This document shows, piece by piece, positions 59,199-64,000 of a stretch of 64,000 bases of DNA; the stretch's first letter is position 1; each line of letters starts with the position of its first letter. The position numbers and the translations under genes were made by a program. The stretch is from a virus, in the IMG/VR virus record IMGVR_UViG_3300025151_004231, positions 32,001 through 96,000 of that record. One strand, written 5' to 3'. The notes beneath the pieces were generated by a model, which searched no databases, was not told where the DNA came from, and worked only from the letters and a program-made list of their open reading frames with translations.

Positions 59199-59684
59199 TT
59201 AGAGATCGCCAGTAGTAATTACGACAGAGTTGTAGGGTTCTGATTGTGGTTTTGCAAAAGTTGCTGTATATTTCCAATTATTACCTGTGTAATGAACTGA
59301 TGCAGTAGGATAACCTTTGTTGCAATCGTTATCACATGTTACGTGTGCTGAACCACTCCAGTATCCATAACTCATTTCAAAGTTACCGTTACCTGGATTA
59401 GGGTCTTTTACTGATGTCGGCGGAGTAATGTAACATGTAAGTACTGATCCTGATGGTGAATGTGTATTAGACTGTAAGTTTACAGTTTGTCCTACAGCAA
59501 CATCAGTAGTAACATCTTTTTTATCGACACCCCAAGTTTGCTTACATTGGAATGATTGATCTCCTTTGTTAGTAACTTGTAATGCTAATGTGACTGGATC
59601 ACTACCGAGTCTTTTTTCTTGGCAGCCTGCAAATGCAAGTAAAACTACTACAACTGCGACTACTCCAAATACTATCTTTTTCAT
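59199..59684 (-). CDS. lipoprotein
   Basis: FAGC lipobox. Confidence 0.72.
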   Translation of the reverse strand: MKKIVFGVVAVVVVLLAFAGCQEKRLGSDPVTLALQVTNKGDQSFQCKQTWGVDKKDVTTDVAVGQTVNLQSNTHSPSGSVLTCYITPPTSVKDPNPGNGNFEMSYGYWSGSAHVTCDNDCNKGYPTASVHYTGNNWKYTATFAKPQSEPYNSVVITTGDL

Positions 59685-59848
59685 TTAAATATTCCTTTTT
59701 GTTTATCGTTTCTATTATCTTTATATTTAGCAGTGGGTAGGTCAGTGTTCTTTTTACCGTAAACATCACCTATCTTGTGCATACGTTTCCCGGGCTTTGT
59801 AGAACTGTATTCTACGTCAGCCTCTGTAATAACTTCTCTTATCTTCAT
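59681..59848 (-). CDS. 55-aa protein with capsid-targeting-like tag (not in the ORF track)
   Basis: MKIREVITEADVE...; coupled overlaps on both sides. Confidence 0.7.
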   Translation of the reverse strand: MKIREVITEADVEYSSTKPGKRMHKIGDVYGKKNTDLPTAKYKDNRNDKQKGIFK

Positions 59849-60150
59849 TAGTCTATTAAAACCATATATGCTTCTGGATTATATTTTCTAAACCAGTCAG
59901 AACCTTTTCTTACTAAGTCCCATTGTTGTGTCAAGTTCGCACCCATGATAACATCATATACTGCAATCTCTTGTGGGTCAAGTTTAATACTAGCACCGCT
60001 AATAGGATTCATTACAGTTGCAGGTTCATCATCTAATATTTGTGCATCAAATGGCATAGGTCTATCTTTCATTTTCTCTTGCCATGATTCACGCAATGTA
60101 CCTGATAATTCTCTGATACGATTTAATTCGTCATAATTTACTTCTTTCAT
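59848..60150 (-). CDS. hypothetical protein
   Basis: LNRIRELSG; WFRKYNPEAYMVLID. Confidence 0.72.
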   Translation of the reverse strand: MKEVNYDELNRIRELSGTLRESWQEKMKDRPMPFDAQILDDEPATVMNPISGASIKLDPQEIAVYDVIMGANLTQQWDLVRKGSDWFRKYNPEAYMVLID

Positions 60151-63100
60151 TTTATATCTCCGGTTGGCTTTTCGCCAGTCATTTTTGGTAGTGAAAACCA
60201 CAGTTGAAACCATTCAGGAGTTCCGGGCTGAATGTTTTTCTCTTTCATTATCTTTGCAATCTCTGCCGCAGTCTTTGATATGTTTGAACCTGAATATGCT
60301 GATGTTGCACCTTCAACTTGTACTGGTATCTGATAACGTTCATACACGCCAGACAATCGTTTAATGTCTTCTAATTCTTTTACATGTAAGAACTCACTAG
60401 TTCTAGGTAACTTCTTACCTTCTTTAACTACACGTAAAGGGTTATAAATTTTTCTTGCTCTTTTGTATAGGTCTGCAAAGTCAACATCTGCTACTAGTGG
60501 ATATTCAGGTAACCCTGGTCTTTGTTTTGCTCTCCAGTCTGGATTAAGCCAATTCATTATTAGTGGTCTAACATCATCTTCTTCATCTAATTCAGACATA
60601 GCATCAAATAACCCATCGTCACCGATAACATCATATAATACATCTTCTGCATCATGTCTTTTAATCTTTTCATATTCTCTGTGTTTCATATTAGACATGC
60701 CAGCAGTGCAATCTATGTTGTCAGGTATTCCGTTTGGATACTTATTGACAAGTGCTTCTAGTTTCTTTACTCTTGCTTCAATGTATTCGTTTGTAAGATG
60801 TTCAGGTTTTGAATCAGCATCTGGAATAAGCATTTCTTTCCAACGTCTCAAGTCATCTTTGATGTCGTATCCTGGCCCACAGCCATGTCCTTGACACACT
60901 TCACAACTTAAATCAACATCATCATTATCTCCACCTCTTAGTAAAGGTTCTTTCAATAACTCTAATGCTTTTTCTGCATCAAATGCCCAAACGTTTTCTT
61001 GTACTTTCTTTTTACCTACTTTAGGTATTCTATTTGTACCAGTCTTTAATGGTCTGTTAATCATTTCTTTTAACTTACCGTCACTGACAAGTCTGTCATA
61101 CTTAGGCTTTTGTATTGCCCAAGAGCCGTTCTTCATAAAGAAGCCCATTGCTTTTAATTGTTCGTTACTATAACTTCCTGTCAATCGTATGTTATTTAAG
61201 AATACAAGTTGACCATAATTTTGTTTTGACTTTTTCTTTTTCAGTTCCCAGTATGCTTTATCGCCTAAACTTTCAAATATTATCTTAGACATTATAGCAT
61301 GTATTTCATGTTCACGCAACCATTTATTTGATTTTGAATATTGATCAAATATCGGTTTTAGTTCAGGAAAAATTCCTGTGTCAGGATTAAAAAATAAGTT
61401 TTTCTTTTGGTCTTGATTCAAGTTGATTTTTCTATAGTCATTATAATCTCTATGTAAGATATATGCAACACGATTATTAGCAAAGTAAATAAACAACTTG
61501 TTGTACTTTTCGTCTTCGCCCCTTGAATAGTCTAAAACACTATGAGTAAAGTCCCAAGGTAAATCTAAATCTCTAGTAGCATTTAATACTGTGCGCCATG
61601 GACTTGCTACTGTTACTAATTTTCCGTCTTTTCGTTTTTTATAATTTTCATCACTAATAGGATTTAGTGTGATTTCATATCCTGTCCCCGGACCCAAAAC
61701 TTTTTTTGGATACTTATTACCGTACCCAGTTGCATCAATACCTATTCCATCAGGAAACTTGAACTCTTTGATACTCCTAATCCAGGGCTTGCCTTTGTTT
61801 GTTAATTTTGGTTTAGGCAATTGAGATACTGCTCTCGGTGTCCACGTCTGTGTAGGTATTACACCCATTTGTTTTAATTCTTTAGGTTTTGCTATCTTGT
61901 CTAAGTTCATTAACTGAGAGCCTATTGTAACCCATTTAGAATCTGGAATTTGACTTAACGTAATACCATCGTTGCGATATCCACTTCTATTATAATCTAT
62001 AAACTTACCACCTGTTTCTGGTTTCAATGCTACTATACCTTCTGAAACAGCATCATGGATAAATCTGCCTGCTCCACGTTCTATTTTTTTCGCAAATGGG
62101 GGTAAATTTTTACTCAAAGAATATTCATTAGCCCACTCCATATATGGTGTTATCTTATCATCATCGTAATAGTAATCCCTAGAGCCTGACTTTAATCTTT
62201 GCTCAATATCTAGGTGTTGATCTTTTCTTCCCTGCCAAATGTATAAAGGATTTGAGATGCCTATCTTTGCTATGCCTACTACATCTACACCATGTACTTT
62301 TGGTACATCTCTTGCAGAATCTGTCATCTGATCAGATGTTACGGGCAAAAAGTTAATAAATGCGCCAACGCCACTAGTCTTTGCGTTTGCTTCTTCTGCT
62401 TTTTGTTCTAGCCATGCCATTAACTCTGGGTTTTGTTTTGCTCTTGTAAGATAGTTTTTATTAACAAAAGCAGAATTCCCTTGGCTAGAGTCAACATTAT
62501 CAGCAGGTACAGCACTTAATTTATTAATAATATATTGTTTGTGTTCAGGTGCTTCACTAGCACTATATCTTTCGTTGTTGTCATCAAATTCAATTGCATT
62601 AACTTGTAATTCTGCAACACCTTGAAAAGGATCAATGTATATAGGAACTTGTAAGAATGGATTTTTTTCTGTACTTTGAAAATCGATTACATAAGATTCA
62701 CCAGAGTTCCAATGATCATCATCTTCCCAATCTTCTTCATGTCTTCCTATCTTTCTTGGATTCATACTGTGAGCATGTCGTTGCCATTGTTCACGTCCTC
62801 TCTCACTATCGTCAGATAAAGTTCTATCACTGATCTCGCCGTTAGTTCTTCTAACTTCGTTTCCAATTGGAGTAATATAATAACAATCACTACCGTCACT
62901 GTTTTTAAATGTATAAACTCTATTTTGTCCTAATTCAACTACATCTTCTTCTGTCAGATTTTGTGTTCTAACGTCTCCTATCTCTTTACTCTTTTCAGCA
63001 ATATAACTTGCTAACTCAGGGAAACGTTCCATGATTTCATTATACAGAGGTGTGTTAGGTGTGATACTTCCTTCTCCTCCCCTAGCAGAATCTACAAAGT

Positions 63101-64000
63101 CTGCCATCGCATCGTTCTGCTTATGATATCTATTATTTGACTGTTCACCTTGACCTAATTGAATGACTCCTCTGTTGTTATATGCTACAGGTCTTCCATA
63201 ATCTGTAAAAAGATTGTTTGCTTTTCCAAGTGGATCTGTTTTTAAAGGATGATACTCAAACATAGTAAAATACTCGCCAGGATATTTTTCTTCGTCTGGT
63301 ACAATAAAGTATTTGTCTAAGTTAGGATTGTTTGTTACTTGTTTTTCTAATTTAAACCCGTCCATTTGTTGAGTGTTTTCGGCATTTTCTTCTGGCTTCT
63401 GTGCGAGTGCTGGATGAGGAACTTTAGGATGAATGTTTTCATCTTTAATCATGTTTCTTAACTCAGGATAGTATCTGAAAAAATCAATAATTTCTTTGGA
63501 ATCTAAAGAAGATTTGTTTTCTGCGAGTTCTTTTCCTGCAGGTTTAAAATTTGTGTCGTCTGGTTTTTGTTGTCTACCATACTGATCAATAGGTACTTGA
63601 TGATGTGTGTTTTTTCCTACTCGTTCTATACGAATGTCACTAATTTTTCCTGTTTTACCACGATAGTCTTTTAAACTTAAATAAACAAAAAACGTATCTC
63701 CTACTTTACCAAATGGATTCTTTTGTTTAGGAAATACTTCAAAACTAGGTAGTTGAAACGCATCTCCTTCTTTCGGTCCAAATTGTGATACTATTACACG
63801 ATCATTATCTTCGACTTCTGTGGGAGTAAACGACCAATCTTGTAACATATCGTCATTGTAACTAGAACCTTCGCCGTGTTGATTTGGTTGATACTCAGGA
63901 TTATCTTTAATAAATTTATCCCAGTCTTTTACTTGCATTTCTCTAATTTCAGGAAAACTTTTTAGAACATGTCTTTTAGTTTGTGCGTTGTCTAATTTTG
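60147..64000 (-). CDS. very large multidomain protein, 5'-partial
   Basis: frame open from the window edge (>1280 aa); recurring F/Y/N-PEL motif; C-terminal IQPGTPEWFQLWF. Confidence 0.8.
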   Translation of the reverse strand, partial: KLDNAQTKRHVLKSFPEIREMQVKDWDKFIKDNPEYQPNQHGEGSSYNDDMLQDWSFTPTEVEDNDRVIVSQFGPKEGDAFQLPSFEVFPKQKNPFGKVGDTFFVYLSLKDYRGKTGKISDIRIERVGKNTHHQVPIDQYGRQQKPDDTNFKPAGKELAENKSSLDSKEIIDFFRYYPELRNMIKDENIHPKVPHPALAQKPEENAENTQQMDGFKLEKQVTNNPNLDKYFIVPDEEKYPGEYFTMFEYHPLKTDPLGKANNLFTDYGRPVAYNNRGVIQLGQGEQSNNRYHKQNDAMADFVDSARGGEGSITPNTPLYNEIMERFPELASYIAEKSKEIGDVRTQNLTEEDVVELGQNRVYTFKNSDGSDCYYITPIGNEVRRTNGEISDRTLSDDSERGREQWQRHAHSMNPRKIGRHEEDWEDDDHWNSGESYVIDFQSTEKNPFLQVPIYIDPFQGVAELQVNAIEFDDNNERYSASEAPEHKQYIINKLSAVPADNVDSSQGNSAFVNKNYLTRAKQNPELMAWLEQKAEEANAKTSGVGAFINFLPVTSDQMTDSARDVPKVHGVDVVGIAKIGISNPLYIWQGRKDQHLDIEQRLKSGSRDYYYDDDKITPYMEWANEYSLSKNLPPFAKKIERGAGRFIHDAVSEGIVALKPETGGKFIDYNRSGYRNDGITLSQIPDSKWVTIGSQLMNLDKIAKPKELKQMGVIPTQTWTPRAVSQLPKPKLTNKGKPWIRSIKEFKFPDGIGIDATGYGNKYPKKVLGPGTGYEITLNPISDENYKKRKDGKLVTVASPWRTVLNATRDLDLPWDFTHSVLDYSRGEDEKYNKLFIYFANNRVAYILHRDYNDYRKINLNQDQKKNLFFNPDTGIFPELKPIFDQYSKSNKWLREHEIHAIMSKIIFESLGDKAYWELKKKKSKQNYGQLVFLNNIRLTGSYSNEQLKAMGFFMKNGSWAIQKPKYDRLVSDGKLKEMINRPLKTGTNRIPKVGKKKVQENVWAFDAEKALELLKEPLLRGGDNDDVDLSCEVCQGHGCGPGYDIKDDLRRWKEMLIPDADSKPEHLTNEYIEARVKKLEALVNKYPNGIPDNIDCTAGMSNMKHREYEKIKRHDAEDVLYDVIGDDGLFDAMSELDEEDDVRPLIMNWLNPDWRAKQRPGLPEYPLVADVDFADLYKRARKIYNPLRVVKEGKKLPRTSEFLHVKELEDIKRLSGVYERYQIPVQVEGATSAYSGSNISKTAAEIAKIMKEKNIQPGTPEWFQLWFSLPKMTGEKPTGDIK

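Noticed and set aside
1-64000. Genome-wide stop codon reassignment
   Set aside because: Conserved genes are intact in code 11, and TAG and TGA end genes at expected positions (for example ligase, PRTase, queE)
1-64000. tRNA or rRNA genes
   Set aside because: No cloverleaf or T-loop GTTCGA context recognised in the short intergenic gaps; a tRNAscan run would confirm
1-64000. Bacterial chromosome origin of the window
   Set aside because: Host-like genes are out of their operons and mixed with T4-like replication genes, late promoter motifs and dense small ORFs

Overview
AT-rich, gene-dense fragment of a large (probably jumbo) dsDNA myovirus, with most genes on the minus strand. It is T4-like in its replication genes (family B polymerase, sliding clamp, DNA ligase, RNase H-type 5' nuclease) and in its TAAATA late-promoter motif. 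The host-derived genes (clpX, clpS, iscU, yggX, guaC, rpsU) suggest an aquatic proteobacterial host (inference). Main modules: (1) a proteostasis/translation block ClpX-bS21-Hsp20-ClpS with a ROSE-like thermometer; (2) a 7-deazaguanine locus at about 29-41 kb (folE, queD, queE, a TGT/DpdA-like protein, an LxxxHRHxF T-fold protein, PRTase, guaC), with no queC in the window and interleaved glycosyl- and nucleotidyltransferases; (3) a compact PAPS/sulfotransferase-diiron-GATase-oxygenase-methyltransferase cluster at 48-53.5 kb; (4) many late genes sharing a T4 internal-protein-like N-terminal tag; (5) several apparently leaderless transcription units, including the polymerase gene. No tRNA, rRNA, CRISPR array or transposase was recognised. 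All calls come from reading motifs by eye; no database searches were run.
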